Position numbers and translations under genes: made by a program. A stretch of 64,000 nt of DNA from NCBI RefSeq assembly GCF_006345805.1, contig NC_043015.1:45508001-45572000 (forward strand). The letters run 5' to 3'. Shown piece by piece: positions 1-11,640 of the stretch. Position 1 is the first letter of the stretch; every line of letters begins with the position of its first letter. The notes below the pieces were generated by a model that was not told where the DNA came from, made no database searches, and saw nothing but the letters and a program-made list of their open reading frames with translations. This DNA comes from Octopus sinensis. Lineage: Eukaryota.

Positions 1-177
1 CTACCTGGGATGGTTTGAGGCACAGCGAGAAGTTCAGCCATATCAATTTTGCATACTATCTGAGAGAGAGATATAGATACATGCTGAGCATAGATATCTA
101 TAGGGATTTTAGTTAGCTGTAATCTCCCTCGCTTACACATTTTCTACAGATCTATGTGTGTACATGTGTGTGTATAT

Positions 178-420
178 ATCATCATCATCATCATCGTTTA
201 ACGTCCGCTTTCCATGCTAGCATGGGTTGGACGGTTCAACTGGGGTCTAGGAAGCCCGAAGGCTGCACCAGGCCAGTCAGATCTGGCGGTGTTTCTACAG
301 CTGGATGCCCTTCCTAACGCCAACCACTCTGTGAGTGTAGTGGGTGCTTTTTATGTGCCACCGACACAGGTACCAGACGAGGCTGGCAAACGGCCACGCT
401 CGGATGGTGTTTCACCTTCC
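178..420 (-). mobile_element. 5'-truncated RTE LINE 3' end with (GAT)n tail (family abundant in the window)
   Basis: Same sequence as the 3' end of the long RTE at 56436-60175. Other copies: 445-706(+), 12493-12660(-), 12890-13080(+), 20225-20612(+), 22645-22800(-), 23100-23395(+), 25905-26240(-), 29990-30255(+), 43160-43330(-), 45200-45580(-), 46476-46709(+), 46722-46910(-), 49965-50260(-), 53765-54350(-), 54375-54545(-), 55800-55930(-), 62362-62540(-), 62725-62900(-). Confidence 0.88.
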
Positions 421-715
421 GAATGTGGCAGATACTAGTGCCACCTGACTGGCGTCCATGTTGGTGACACGTAAAAGCACCAACCGATCATGTCTCTTTG
501 CCAGCCTGCTCTGGCCCCTGTGTCGGTGACACGTAAAAATAACCCACTACACTCAAGGAGTGGTTGGCATTAGGAAGGGCATCCAGCTGTAGAAACACTG
601 CCAAATCAGACTAGAGCCTGGTGCAGCCTCCATGGCTTGCTAGACCCCGGTCGAACCGTCCAACCCATGCTAGCATGGAAAACAGACGTTAAATGATGAT
701 GATGATATATATATT

Positions 716-1020
716 GGAGGCGCAATGGCCCAGTGGTTAGGGCAGCAGACTTGAGGTCGTAGGATTGCAGTTTCGATTCCCAGACCGGGCATTGTGAGTG
801 TTTATTGAGCGGAAACACCTAAAGCTCCACAAGGCTCCGGCAGGGGGTGGTGGCGATCCCTGCCGTACTCTTTCACCACAACGTTCTCTCACTCTTTCTT
901 CTGTTGGCCTGCTCGCTTAGCCAGCGGGGTGGCGTCATCTGAAGGCTAAAACAATGTGAAGCGCATTGTGACCAGCGATGTGTAGCAACATCTGATAACC
1001 TGGTCAGTCACAGTAATCAT
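716..1020 (+). mobile_element. tRNA-derived SINE, family C
   Basis: Head with A box TGGCCCAGTGG and B box GTTTCGATTCC, then a non-tRNA body. Related copies at 52881-53245(+) and 55281-55430(+); body-related copies at 14545-14850(-) and 20740-21010(-). Confidence 0.8.
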
Positions 1021-1855
1021 GCTGATGACTACAAAACAATACATGCAACCAGGGTGGGGGGCTTCAAGCGGGATCAACATTCTGGAGAAGGATTGGGCAC
1101 ATAGTGATTAGTAAAGGATCTTGGAGGTGGACACAATATGACAGGGTATGAGGAGTAGATTTGAGTGAGTTGGGAATGCTTGGCTGGAGGTGACACAAGT
1201 TTGCAGAGTACTGTAGAGGCAGTAGAAAAGAAGGAGAGAGAGTGACTTCATGCCATTTCAGATGAATGGCCATTCTTTGGACAGCCCTCAGCTCAACCCA
1301 GACTGAGCAGATCTGTGATCAAAATTGCTCTAGCTATGGTCATCTTGTTGTGCTCGGGTATTGTGTATCTACAACAAAATCATCTTCATGTTCTCCCCAT
1401 TTTCAAAAGGGGTAAGATGTAATTTGAAGGTAGAATGAGGGGATTTAAGTGTTTTTTTTCTATAAAGTCAAGCGATGGCCAAAAGGTTCTCTTGCTGGCT
1501 CTGAAAACGTGCAATTGTAGTTGCTGTTCAGATCAACTTCAATCAAGCATCTTTCATCAAAAGCATTCCATCTTGTTTTTTAGGGATATTGAGGACTATT
1601 TAACCAAATGTATACTTTTATTTATCTTATATAGTGGGGGTGTACAATTTGAGGATATTTAGCTGCTCTTACGAGAAGTTTGAGCTATATGAAAAGAGAA
1701 TTAATAGAATGCTAGACTGAAAACCTTGCAGTATTTACGTTGCGTTACAATCCCAGAGAGGTCGACTTCGCTTCATAATTTAACATCAATATAGTATTAG
1801 TACTAGTAACGTACTGACATTGGTCATGGCATTGTGCCAAAGTATGAAATAATAA

Positions 1856-2160
1856 CCTTGTGTTTGTTTATCCATGGACAAAATACCTCAAGAACCACTG
1901 GACGGATTCAGATAAAACTTTCAGAGATGTTTGGCCTTGGGACTGGCATGAACTGATTAGATTTTGGGATCGCTCTGGCACCGGACAAAGATTCTGGATT
2001 ATTTTTTCCGGTATTTTTACCTAATTTTTGAGAGCGATCAGGTTCATTTTAGTATTCTCATTTGTGAGAATAGTCGAGTTTATTTCAGATATTCTCATTT
2101 TAAAAATCAATCTCTGGCTAATCGTTGGTGTTGCCTTAGTGGAGGTTTGCACTCTCTAAG
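1856..2160 (+). mobile_element. Helentron-associated non-autonomous element (HINE/DINE-1-like), 5'-truncated
   Basis: Body homologous to 39633-39958; 3' end homologous to 29555-29655. Confidence 0.55.
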
Positions 2161-3010
2161 GGTTGTTATTATTAATATAATAATTGAGGGCGGAATCATT
2201 AGAGCATCGGAAAAAAACTGACTTGCAGGCACTTTATGTTCTGAGTTCAAATTCTGCCGAGGTCGACTTCGCTTTCCAGGGTTGATAAAGCAAGTACCAG
2301 TTTAGCATTGGAGCCGAAGTAATTGACTAACCTCCTCCCATTAAAAGTGCAGGTTTTGTACCAAAATTAGAATTATCATTAAGGCAGTAGTGAACTGGCA
2401 GAACCATAGGCACGCCGGATAAAATGCTTAGCAACATTTAGTGCGTCTTAACGTTATCAAGTTCAAAAATTCCGTCGTGGTCGACTTTTACTTTTCATCC
2501 TTTCAGAGTCAACAAAACAAGTACTAGAGGAGCAATGGGGTCGATGCAATCCCTTAGACTCCTCTCCGACAAAATTCCAGGTCTTGTGTCTAATAGTCGA
2601 AAGAATCATTTTCATCACCATCATTAAAATAAGGTCGATGAATCGATAGATCAGCAAAAATGCCTTTTGGCATTTAATTAACATCCCTTTTACCTTGAGT
2701 GTTCGAATCCTACGGGAGTCAACTTTGTCTTTCATTCTTCGGAGTTCGATGATATAAAAGTATTATTCAAGAATTGAGGTCAACTTACTCATCGATTATG
2801 CCTCTCCCCCCCCCCCGATATGTGTGGCCTAATAAATCATCGTTATTCAAACTTATAATAAAAAGAAATCCTTAGTATTTATCGCCATGTATTGTCTAAC
2901 TCTCTCTCTGAATTACGATATTCTATTTTGTTTATAAGGTTTCTTATCCATAGCGGATTTTGTGCATGCATGCATGCTCGTGTGTGTGCGCGCTCGCGTA
3001 TATGTGTGCC

Positions 3011-3395
3011 GTGTATTTGTGTGAATGTGTGTGTGTTGTGTACCGTGTATTTGTGTGAATGTGTGTGTGGTTTGTGTACTGTGTATTTGTGTGAATGTGT
3101 GTGTGTTGTGTACCGTGTATTTCTGTGAATGTGTGTGTTGTGTACCGTGTATTTGTGTGAATGTGTGTGTGTTGTGTACCGTGTATTTGTGTGAATGTGT
3201 GTGTGGTTTGTGTACCGTGTATTTGTGTGAATGTGTGTGTGGTTTGTGTACCGTGTATTTGTGTGAATGTGTGTGTGGTTTGTGTACCGTGTATTTGTGT
3301 GAATGTGTGTGTGTTGTGTACTGTGTATTTGTGTGAATGTGTGTGTGATGTGTACCGTATATTTCTGTGAATGTGTGTGTTGTGTACCGTGTATG
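3011..3395 (+). repeat. Minisatellite, ~34-bp unit x ~11.5
   Basis: Unit gtgtatttgtgtgaatgtgtgtgtg(gt)ttgtgtacc. It produces the spurious His/Thr and Cys/Val ORFs. Confidence 0.95.
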
Positions 3396-4079
3396 TATGA
3401 ATGAGTTTGTTCATACGTCATGTGTGTGCGTGCACACACGTGCACAAATGTGTGTCGCGACTGCCTTTACTTATTCTTGAGCAAGTGCGTGCATGCATGC
3501 AAGCATGCGTGTATAAGGTTGTCAGGATCAGCCAGATTCACCTTTTCGGAGATTCCATGGAAATTGTTATAGATAAAAGAGTTTTCAAGCTTGTGTACTA
3601 GAGAAAACGATAGGAAGAATGCAGTGGTGATGGTGGTGGGGTGAGTTCCAGCCTGGAGAGTGGTGTTATTTCGTACAAAAAGGGTGGAGCAGAGTGGATG
3701 GGTGTATATATATATATATACAAAGAGACAAATATACTAACTTCAAATGGCATTTATTCATACAGATACACATAGACGCACACAAACACGAGCACGCGAA
3801 ATGAATATATATATATGTGTATATATATAAATATATCGAATATGTAAAATTAATAGCCGTTGGTATTTTTACCTCATGGATGGAGTCAACCACAACACAA
3901 ATTGTGTTGTGTGTGTGTGTCGTCGGTACGTAGAGATATTGAAAAATCGCGAGAGGCACATGGAAAACTAGACAGACAGACACAAGGGCAGTCAGATGGC
4001 TTAAATAGATATGGAGACAGGCAAATAAATGACTAGATATATATACATATTAAATGGTTTAGTGCGTGCATGTATATGA

Positions 4080-4110
<31 letters not shown>

Positions 4111-4269
4111 CATGCATGCGTGGACAACGAACAACCCTTATATATATATATATATTTCTTGATGGACAGATAGGTTTTTCTTCCTTCCTTCCTACTTCAT
4201 TCTTTCGTGTTTTGATGTTTGAGGTCTCAGAATGGTTTGCTTTTATATATATATATATATATATATATA

Positions 4270-4399
4270 CAGGGTGTCCCAAAAAAATGTATATACATAG
4301 TGGTTCGGCAAAAGAGAACGATAGAATAAGTACTAGGCTTACAAAGAATAACAAATTTACAATTATTTAAGGTGTGTATACATTTTTTGGGACACCCTG
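4270..4399. mobile_element. Tc1/mariner-type MITE, 130 bp
   Basis: ~28-bp TIRs CAGGGTGTCCCAAAAAA(A)TGTATA.AC, TA on both flanks. Confidence 0.88.
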
Positions 4400-4875
4400 T
4401 ATATATATATATCTGTGTGTGTGTGTGTGAGGAATAATGTGGAGATGAAGAATAAGGAAATATACGCACAGCAAATGACAAAATAATGTACATGTGGATA
4501 TATATAAATATATATACAAACAGTGCAATGAGATGACATAGAATGCAGGTTTGTCCCTTTCGTCCGTCATCCGTATGTGGCAAATAAAAGGAATCATTAG
4601 CATTATTATAATCCCCGCCGAAAGGAAATTATTATTATTATTATTGGTGTCCTTTTAGGAAACGACTTCCAGGAGTGTTCTATCGATACTCAAAAAGATT
4701 TGATATCGATACACACACGTGTGTATGTGTGTGTGTGTACTAAGAAATAATGTTTGTATAAAATATGAAGTTTTTTATTTTCCTCTGAAGAAAGATACAT
4801 AGCGAACACTGCTTTTTTCGTTTAACTATTTTGTGTGTGTGTATAGATATATACACACACATACAATATATATTC

Positions 4876-5215
4876 ACATATGGGTATAGCCTATATATAA
4901 ACATATAAATACACATACTTGTATATCCACATATATACATACATGTATATATACATAGCAGTTATTGATACAAGCAAACGTACATACATATACACACTCA
5001 TATATACATACACACATTATATATATATATATATATCTACATATGGGTATAGCCTATATATAAACATATAAATACACATACTTGTATATCCACTACATAC
5101 ATGTATATCCACATATATACATACATACATACATGTATATATATATATAACATAGCAGTTATTGAAACAAGCAAACGCACTCTCATATACACACTCATAT
5201 ATACACACACACATC
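4876..5215 (+). repeat. Diverged local direct duplication (~150-175 bp x2)
   Basis: catatgggtatagcctatatataaacatataaatacacatacttgtatatccac...catagcagttattga.acaagcaaacg occurs at ~4876 and ~5039. Confidence 0.85.
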
Positions 5216-5554
5216 ATTTCATTTATATATATATATATATATAAGTAAATACACAATTACAAATACCATGCCATACATACTTGGCATACACAGAATATCG
5301 AACCTGTGAAAAAGCTTGATTTAACAAGGAAATAGCTGAGAATAATAAACACTTAAAAATAACAACAAATCACAATAATAATACCTTTTAATTGGTTTTT
5401 TTTTCTCTTTAATTGAGTTTTGCTTCCCCCAAAACTTCATTCTTAAACACACAACATAAACACACACGCGGTGCTTGTAGATATTTGTATACACACACTT
5501 GTATACTAACTTCTATACATACATACATGCATGCGTATATACGTACTTACTTAC

Positions 5555-5675
5555 CCAGCAGTTTGTAAGTCTCCTCTGAATCCATATACAGACTAAGGTG
5601 GGAATCCACAAGGTAAAGCCATTCAGAAGCCATAATCAATAGGGCAGTTAATAGGACGGCCGTGGAAGACGGCAT
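5555..5675 (-). CDS. RYK: First coding exon of a RYK/Derailed-like WIF-domain receptor (signal peptide plus start of WIF domain)
   Basis: acaacATG start translates MPSSTAVLLTALLIMASEWLYLVDSHLSLYMDSEETYKLL-G and ends at a strong phase-1 donor G|GTAAGT. Hydrophobic signal peptide followed by LSLYMDSEETYKLLG, resembling human RYK LSLYLSEDEVRRLIG. WIF1 is not fully excluded. Exon 2 was not found in 1-5554. Confidence 0.78.
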
Positions 5676-6079
5676 GTTGTGTGTATATATATATATGTGT
5701 GTATATATATGATATACGAGACTAATTATAAAATGAATAGTGCACTGTTTTTTAATTAGGGTAGTTTAGAATAAGTGTACTGGTGTTTGTTGTGTTGTGT
5801 GTTTTGTCTGTCAGTTTGACTTAGTTATGTTATGTATGTGTGTGTGTGTATAGGATCTGTTGTGATGTGTGCGGTGCATGTGTGTGCTGTTGTTGTTGTT
5901 GTTGTTGTTGTTGTTTGTTGTTGTTGTTGGGTCGGCACCACCAGCCAAGCCAGGCAGCATCACCAAGCATCAATCGACGTCGTCTTCGTCGTCCGCCTCC
6001 ACGTCCATGGAGTTACCCCCACCGATAGAAAAAAAACAAACAACAACAACAATTTGGAAGGTATAGGACGAAGTGCTGG

Positions 6080-7990
6080 AGAAGGAGGAAGGGGAGCGAG
6101 AGAGAGAGAGAGAGAGAACAGAAAACAGAAATATGAGAGGGGGAGTAGGACTTAAAGAGAGAGAAAGAAAACAGAACTATGAGAGGGGAGTGGGAGAGAG
6201 AGAGAGAACAGAAATATGAGAGGGAGAGTGGGAGAGAGAGAGAAAACAGAAATATGAGAGGGGGAGTGAGAGGGAGAGAACAGAAATATGAGAGGGAGAG
6301 TAGGATGGAGGGCGCAAAGGTGGTGGACGAGAAGGAGGAGGAAACAGAGGAGAAAGAACGAAAGAGAAAAGAGAGTGAGTGGAAAAAAAGAGTAGAGGTA
6401 GGAGGGAAGATGAGACGGAAGCGGAGGAGGAGGGAGAACCAAGAAACGGGGAGAAAGGAACCAAGAAAGTCAGAGGAAGGAGGTCGGAAGAATTATAAGA
6501 GGAGGAAGAGGAAACCGAGAAACGAAGAAAGTAAAGAAGGAGAAGAAGAAGAAGAAAGAGAGAAGAACGGCAGTAGGATGAGGAAGGAAGTCAGCGGGAG
6601 GAGGAGGAAAGGGAACTAAGAAGAGAAGTGATAGTGAGATGAGGGGAGGGTCAAAAGAAGAATTAAGGGAGAATGAGGGGGGGAAGATAAATAATAAAAC
6701 TGCAAAAAAAAATCCTTATAAATGGAAGAGAGAAAAAAAAACCAGCGGTAGGATGAGAAGATGAAAAGAAGGGAAAAGACATGGAAGGGATATCAAGAGA
6801 TGATGTAGGAAGGAACTGGGGAACAAAAAGAAGAAAAAAAATGAACAGCGGTTTAAAAAAAGAAATGCGAAAAGGAAAGGGATTTTGTAGAAGAAGAAGA
6901 ATAATAATAATAAAAGGATAGCAGTAGAAATGGAATGAAGCAGTGTTTAAGATAATAAAAAAAGAGAAGGGAAAAAGATGAAGAGAGAGAGAGAAAGAAG
7001 CAATATTAGCGAGATTGATCAGTAAATATGGTATAAAGAGAAAGAGAAGTAGAATAAGAAGCATTTAAAAAAGAAAGTCAGCGGATTGCTAAGTTTAAAA
7101 AAGAAATGAGTTATCGTTTTCTTTTTCTTTTTTTTTTTTTCAAATTATTGATTAAAACGAAAGGCGATAAAATAAAGGAGAAATATTGGAGAAAGGCTGT
7201 GAGAGAGAACGAACGAACGAAGAAGTCGCTGATTAAAAATAAATCTAAGAACGGTGTTAAGTAGAATAAAAGAGGGTTTTTGGTGAAAGGATAAATGATC
7301 GAGATGGATAGGTAGGTAGATATATATATATATAAATAGAATTAAGGAAGGCAAGAAAGAAAGAATAGAGTTATAGTCTTCGTTGCCCCGTCATTCACGC
7401 GTGTCGCGTCGCAGCATCTCTGCTATAATAGCAGGAACGGCAGTGATAGATAGATAGAGAGATAGATGGATTTTAAATAGTATATGCTAGAGAGAGAGGG
7501 GAGGGAGTAAGGTAAAGAAGAGAAAGTGACAAATACACAGAAAGAGAGAAAAAAGAGACAAGGAGAAAGCAACATAAGAATAAGTATGAGAGCGAGAGAG
7601 AGATGGAGGAGGAGGAGGAAGGTAGAAAGTAGTAAGCAATATAAAGATAGAGAGGAGAAAGCAACATAAAAATAGAGAGAGACAGAGGGGGAGAAAATAC
7701 AGCGTAGAAAGTAACATAAAAGAGAGAGAGGGAGAAAATAGCGTAGAAAGTAACATAAAAGAGGGAGAGCAAGAAAATAGCGTAGAAAGTAACATAAAAG
7801 AGATAGAGGGAGAAAATAGCGTATAAAGTAACATAAAAGAGAGAGAGGAAAAAAATAGCCTAGAAAGTAACATAAAAGAAGAGAGAGAGGGGGAAGAGAA
7901 AGAAGAATGCAACAGAAATAAAGAGAGGGGGACGGAAGAGAGAGACGGCTATATAACTATCATCAACAAGAAAGAAGTCATTAGAAAGTT
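6080..7990 (+). repeat. 1.9-kb purine-rich (GA) low-complexity tract with two VNTRs
   Basis: acagaaatatgagaggg module x5 (6110-6300); ~39-bp unit agcgtagaaagtaacataaaagagagagagggagaaaat x5-6 (7655-7890). Confidence 0.9.
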
Positions 7991-8142
7991 TCGTATTAAA
8001 CTTAACTTTAATTATTTGGATTACCAAACGATAAATTCTTTTATTTTCTCTTATTATTTTTCCCAATATTTATTCAATGAATTATTATCGAGTTCGTCTC
8101 GTTTTTAGCAACTAAATCACCTTTTTTGAATGATATATATTT

Positions 8143-8260
8143 ACCGGAAGGGATAAACCGGAAGTCTAAACTATATACCAGCGACAACACATTTCGCGTG
8201 TTTGTGTCGAACGTCTTTTATTTTGGCTACAAATTTGGCTTAATTGACCTGGGGGTATGT
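8143..8260 (+). promoter_or_regulatory. Candidate housekeeping promoter with tandem ETS sites and a possible non-coding first exon
   Basis: ACCGGAAG (8143-8150), ACCGGAAGT (8157-8165), E2F-like TTTCGCG (8192-8198), locally retained CpGs, donor-like G|GTATGT at 8255. Confidence 0.5.
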
Positions 8261-8835
8261 ACCTATTTTAATTTCTAGCCAAATTTCAATTACCTCCAAT
8301 AGTAAATATACTTTACTCACACATCTGCTTCAATAATCTGTAGATTTCCTTTTTATTCTTATCCAACATCAAGCATCAAAGATGTTAAGTGATGCCGTAT
8401 CAAACACGATAAATTCTTATTCTTTGTGAAATTCGTTAATTTAAAGAAAGTTTTTTTTATTTCAGTTTATTTTTTTCAAATTTCAACTCATTTCAAGATT
8501 TGATTTAATATCAGTAATCCTATGGAAGCTCTGTAACCAAAACATTCTTCGATTCCATCGAGAAGTGAATAAGCTTTTGTTTTCTTTTAAGATGTCATTC
8601 TTGAGATTTGCAATTTCTCGTTGATTTATTACTGATCATATCGATAAAACATCAGGACAGTACTATTGATTCTTGTGTCATATATTATTATGGCCATCTA
8701 ATACCAGTTTTTTTTTTAGAGACTAGTATGGGGAAACTTGAAATTGTGCTTGTGTATGTGTGTATATATATAGCCTATACGTTTTTTTTCTCTCTCTCTC
8801 ACTCTCACATACACACACTTCGTGTTGGGGTGTAA

Positions 8836-8951
8836 CTTCGGTATAGGTACCGTAAGTACCGGATACATTTCAATATATGGAGGGTTAGGGTGGGAGAAAA
8901 GGGTTTCTGTTATCTTCAGAAATGTAAACAAAGCCGGTACCTATACCGAAG
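8836..8951. mobile_element. Small inverted-repeat element related to the GGATC-ended MITE
   Basis: Perfect 17-bp IR cttcggtataggtaccg / cggtacctataccgaag. Internal gggttaggg and aaatgtaaa.aaa motifs shared with 16558-16975. Confidence 0.6.
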
Positions 8952-9347
8952 GATCGCCCGCGTAGGTTTTGACATTCAGTATTCCAGTGTTCAATCATCA
9001 CACATGACCGAATTGTTGAGTGCTCTTCGCAATCATGAAGTTTCGGGTGGGTTAGATCCCACTACGAGCATGTGTCTTCTACCATAGTTTTGAGTCAACC
9101 CAGGTCTTGTGGGTGGTGTAAACGTATAGAATCCGATCAAATAAACTGCTCTTGTAACTCAAGGGTCAGTCTGGTCACACAGACCCAGGGTGAGGGCTAA
9201 GGGCACGAAATATTCAGCTATCCACACAATACCCTTATACCCAATAATTCATGCGAAAAATGTGACCCCCAACGCTTTGAAAAAATCACCCATCTGGCTT
9301 TTACCCAACACTGAAGACTTCCATCTAATATGCACTGAATGCTTATA

Positions 9348-9730
9348 GGCGCAAGAGTGGCTGTGTGGTAAGTAGCTTGCTTACCAACCAAATGGTTCCG
9401 GGTTCAGTCCCACTGCGTGGCACTTTGGGCAAGTGTCTTCTACTATAGCCTCGGGCCGACCAAAGCCTTGTGAGTGGATTTGGTAGACGGAAACTAAAAG
9501 AAGCCTGTCGTGTATATGTATATATATATATGTACGTGTGTTTGTCCCCCCAAAATCGCTTGGCAACCTGTGCTGGTGTGTTCATGTCCCCGTAACTTAG
9601 CAGTTCGGCAAAAGGGACCGATAGAATAAGTACTAGGCTTACAAAGAATAAGTCCCGGGGTCGATTTGCTCGACTAAAGGCAGTGCTCCAGCTTGGCCGC
9701 AGTCAAATGACTGAAAAAAGTAAAGAGAGT
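9348..9730 (+). mobile_element. tRNA-derived SINE, family A (~400 bp, dominant SINE of the window)
   Basis: Head gtggctgtgtggtaag...ggttcagtccc, internal TA/TG microsatellite, core gatagaataagtact, tail ...ctgaaacaagtaaaagag. Near-full copies: 14904-15368(+), 18165-18558(-), 18884-19290(+), 19622-20020(-), 21420-21755(-), 24555-24922(-), 33526-33927(+), 37745-38200(-), 45805-46188(-), 48440-48837(-), 49040-49459(-), 50418-50806(-), 52163-52524(+), plus many fragments. Confidence 0.92.
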
Positions 9731-9871
9731 ATGCATATTGCATGCAGCTCATAAGTTCTTCTGTCTTCTGCACTTCTACACAATAGCCGATCCTTTTTGT
9801 CTGATCTCTTATGAAAAGGATCTCTACCAACTTTTTGGAATCCTCCTTCTAGTTCTCACTCATGAACACTC

Positions 9872-10065
9872 TACAATGGGGTGCTGAAAAGTTCCTGGCT
9901 TTGAATCAAAGAAAATACATGAGGATCATCAGTTAACTATGATTTTATTCAACATATTCCCCTCTCATATTCACACACTTTTTTTGCAGTGATCCTTCAG
10001 GTTTTCTAAGCCCTGTAAAAAGAACTTAGAAGGTTGAACCTCCAACCAGGCCTTTCAAAGTAACA
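9872..10065 (+). mobile_element. mariner-like 5' terminal remnant
   Basis: TA followed by caatggggtgctgaaaagttcctggc, resembling irritans/Hsmar2-type TIRs. Confidence 0.5.
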
Positions 10066-11640
10066 AGGCCACCAGTTCTGACAATGTCCCCTCAAAACAT
10101 GTGCTCCTAGCTAATCCCTGTCCTCACAAAATTCTGCAATCCCTCTCTCTCTCTTTCTCTCTCTGGAGATATATCCCAATCTATGCAAACACACTACAGT
10201 GTGTCCCATTCCCAAGAAACAAAACTTTTCTGACTCTGTCAATTATCATCCTATGACATTCACTTCCAACATGTCTAAAGGTGACCGAGACGGCCACTAA
10301 CAACAACCTTCTGCAACACCTTGAGTACCTCACCCTCCTCAGTGACTGCCATTATGGTTAGTCCACATTACTCTGTAAGGAGCATAGAGCCAGTTACTCA
10401 GTTTCTCTGGACGGGATGCTGGTCCATTCCAGGATTGCTCATTTTTACCAGCTGAGCAGACTGGTGCAATGAGAAACAAAATGTTTTGCTCAAGAATGCA
10501 ACACATCACCCAGTCCAGGAATTGAAACCACAATCTTACAATCATGGGTCCAACACCCTAACCAGTAAGCCATGTGCCTCTGTGACTGCCATTATGGATT
10601 TCACAAAATCAGATCTACTGGAGACTTATTCTCCTATATCATTCACCAGTGATCCCTCACAAAGTCTTTGACTAAATCCAATATGCAAATCTCTAAGCAA
10701 TTTTTTTCTCCTATGGTTCTATCCTTCTCTTGTTTCTTTGATCAGTGGCATCCTCTTAGATCACACCATCATATTGTGTTCACTGAGCTCTCTGGTTGAA
10801 CACTATCAACTCTATCCCAAAGTTTGATTTTATCCCCCACTTTCTTCTATAAATATTAACATCTTACTCTCTGTCATTTTCATAAACACTCTTTTCTATA
10901 CCAAGACCATCCGTCACCCCTCCCCTTATTTCTACACCAGGGCATCTCCCATATACAGCCTTGATACCTTACACCAGACTTATAGTGCCTCCATGATCAG
11001 AGACCTCAAAATGTCCTTCAATGTTGTTGTGTTAGTCTTTTCTTCTTCAACAGCATAAAGACTCATTCACTACACATCTTAAGAAATATCATAGCCTCTT
11101 CCCCCACATTCAGGAGATCTCTCCTGATAAAATGCACAGCCTCAGCATAGCAAAGACTGGATCTCAAAGATGCAGAAAATACTCTGCCCTTCCTACCTCT
11201 TCCAACAACTATCAACTCTCTACAAAGCTCAGATAAGGCCCATTGTGGAATAATCCCCACATCTGGGATGGTCTGACATACACACACACAGACATCCTAC
11301 ACTACATGCAAATAACCTAAAAAGCCATGAAGCTGATTGGTATGTAATTACTAATCGCCACACTCCAACTTCTTGCTCACAGAAACACCATCTCCTCTTT
11401 GCCTTTTCTACTGCTACAAGGATGGCCTCTGCTCTTCAGTGTTTACTGACTTCATGCCACTTCCACTCAGATGTCCCTCCTCCCCTCATCCATATAGTGT
11501 TGCATGCTAACATCCATTCCTTCCATCCTAGAATGTTATCCCTGTTATCCCCCTTTTTTTTTCTGGCCTAAGATTTCAAATGTGTACCAACATCATTCCA
11601 TACGTAGGAACAGTATTCCATTATGGGTCTCATTTAAGCT
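10066..11640 (+). mobile_element. Degenerate CR1/L2-group LINE (RT remnant)
   Basis: Broken frames give NYHPMTFTSNMSK, DCHYGFHKIRSTGDL and LSTLYKAQIRPIVE. Interrupted by a SINE at 10358-10581. Similar 3' remnants at ~1080-1280(-) and ~25680-25880(+). Confidence 0.75.
10358..10581 (-). mobile_element. tRNA-derived SINE inserted in the CR1 remnant with 16-bp TSD
   Basis: TSD gtgactgccattatgg at 10342-10357 and 10582-10597; tRNA-like head on the minus strand. Related SINEs at 12660-12855(-), 16120-16452(+), 39975-40265(-), 53620-53760(-). Confidence 0.85.

Noticed and set aside
716-792. tRNA-like sequence
   Set aside because: SINE head continuing into a repeated body; no complete cloverleaf or Pol III terminator. 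The same applies to the other heads.
6179-6619. 146-aa Glu/Lys/Arg-rich ORF
   Set aside because: Translation of the GA-rich low-complexity tract; no splice context or recognisable domain.
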